The translations under genes and the position numbers were made by a program. Shown here in pieces: positions 62,531-63,976 of a stretch of DNA of 63,976 nucleotides. The DNA comes from Paraspadella gotoi (taxonomy: Eukaryota > Animalia > Chaetognatha), in contig CM119264.1 of the NCBI GenBank assembly GCA_051294375.1, forward strand, positions 67,846 to 131,821. The letters run 5' to 3'. The notes under the pieces are model-generated. The model searched no databases. It saw only the letters and a list, made by a program, of their open reading frames with translations, and had not been told where the DNA came from. Numbering within the stretch: position 1 is the stretch's first letter; each line of letters starts with the position of its first letter.

Positions 62531-63481
62531 CAGATCTGCTCAAAAAAAGTTTAAACATTGAACCCCTACTATCTGCTTGTTTGTCGTCCTATTAATTAAA
62601 TTTTGGGTTCATATGAAAGCTAATGACGAGGTTTTTAAGCTAAATATTATAGTAAGAGTGCTAAAATAAAAAAAAGGATCGAAATTTTGTCTTACAAAGT
62701 TTATTTTTGCGAAAAAAAATTTCTTATCCATCTTTATTTTGTGTTTTTTATGTTTTTTTACTATGGAAACTTCTAAACAGCTTAACCCCAAAAAGAAAGC
62801 TGCAATTGTTGAGCTTTGGAAGGCGGGTTTGTCAAGATATAGGATCGCCAAACAGTTGCATTTCTCTCTTAAAGCCCTCTGCAGAGTTGTCAACAAATTT
62901 GAAGCAACTGGAAACCTTGGACGAGCTGTTGGAAGCAAGTGGCCTTGCATGTCCAGTTTGTCCACAAAGAGCAAGGACGATGACCTGGAAAGTCTTGCAA
63001 TTCAAGACCGTAAGACTTCTGCAAGCCAGTTGAGAAAAAGATGGAGAGAAGAAGAATTGTTGCCAGTCATTTAACAGTGAATGGGCGGCATTTCATAGAG
63101 GATAGAGCTCCTGGATACAAAGTCAAAGCCCCCCAAAAATTTCATGAGAAAAACGGGATGGAAATGCTCAAAGGTTAGCCCGGAAATTCGACTGTCTGCA
63201 ACATCATCGAAAATATCTGGTCAAGAATGAAAAGGGACATTTTTCATTACAATGCAATGACAGTCGACAATATCAATTTTAAAACACATTTGGGGGAGCT
63301 GAGCCCTTCATATTTGCCCAGCCTTTACGACTCTTTCCTTTGTCTCATGTAAACCGTGCGAGAAGCCAATAGTGGTCCGACAATGTATTAACTAACTGAG
63401 TCTTGAAAAGTATTATTTTACTTCAAATAACGAAATAAAATGCTTTTATCATAACTATTAAACTTTTTTTGAGCAGATCTG
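62531..63481 (+). mobile_element. Tc1-family DNA transposon, internally deleted (951 bp)
   Basis: Perfect 24-bp TIR CAGATCTGCTCAAAAAAAGTTTAA (62531-62554 / 63458-63481) flanked by TA on both sides. Confidence 0.92.
62763..63391 (+). pseudogene. Tc1 transposase pseudogene (N-terminal HTH plus end of catalytic domain; central DD region deleted)
   Basis: METSKQLNPKKKAAIVELWKAGLSRYRIAKQLHFSLKALCRVVNKFEATG...DRKTSASQLRKRW (Tc1 paired-like HTH). Later, frameshifted PGNS.DCNIIENIWSRMKR (SPDLNPIENLW, DD34E-type) and LYDSFP...V.EANSGPTMY* (GGPTKY-like C-terminus). Confidence 0.85.
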
Positions 63482-63662
63482 TACATCAGACTACCACTTC
63501 CGTTATGTTCTGCTCTCTCTCTCTCTCTCCTCTTCATCATATCTCTCTCATCTCCCTCCATGAGCCTCTCTTCTCTCATCATCTCTCCGCTCCCTCTCAG
63601 TCCTCTCTCTCTAAATCTCTCTCTCTCTCTAAAATATACATCTCTTTTAAATCTCTCTCTCC

Positions 63663-63696
<34 letters not shown>

Positions 63697-63976
63697 TCAC
63701 TCTCTCATCTCTTGCTCTAAATTCTCTTCTCTCTCCGCTCTAAATCTCTCTCTCTCTCTCTCTCGCTCCTTTCCTCTCTCTCCCTCTCTCTCTCCCTCTC
63801 TCTCTCCCTCCTCTCTTCCTCCCTCCCTCTCACTCTCTATCTCTCTCCAATCCCGATTCCATTCAGTCTTCGCATTTTGGGAATTCAGTCAAAAAAAATG
63901 GTTGCGCTCGTTCGTGGCAACATTAAAGACACCATTGATAGACATGGGATAGACAAAGGATAGACAAGTTATTTGC

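Noticed and set aside
44-63952. Dozens of poly-ER, poly-SL, poly-F, poly-D/T and X-containing ORFs
   Set aside because: Products of (AG)n, (CT)n, (GAC)n and T-rich tracts or N gaps; no coding evidence.

Overview
Eukaryotic (most likely invertebrate animal) draft-assembly DNA: AT-rich, full of (AG)n/(GAC)n/(ATC)n microsatellites and minisatellites, with many N gaps. There are no prokaryotic operons, CRISPR arrays or rRNA, and no complete protein-coding gene can be supported. Almost all listed ORFs are low-complexity artefacts. Much of the window is present twice, once as clean gapped sequence and once as an indel-rich copy that looks like a raw long read (13.5-17.9 kb inverted vs ~18.8-26.4 kb; 36.8-44.3 kb vs 45.0-56.0 kb; 56.4-59.8 kb vs 62.1-64.0 kb), so these are probably gap-filling or haplotype redundancy. 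Well-supported content is transposon-derived: three copies of a ~600-bp foldback hAT-type MITE with 8-bp TSDs, an internally deleted mariner-like element, an internally deleted Tc1 (DD34E-type) element with perfect 24-bp TIRs, DINE-1/HINE-like Helentron derivatives (one present/absent between duplicate copies), and a palindromic Penelope-like remnant carrying a minimal hammerhead-ribozyme motif. Weaker signals are a likely Gln/Pro-rich terminal exon (30705-30998, minus), a tandemly triplicated exon-like unit and two promoter-like islands. I do not see solid evidence for a wholly new biological system.
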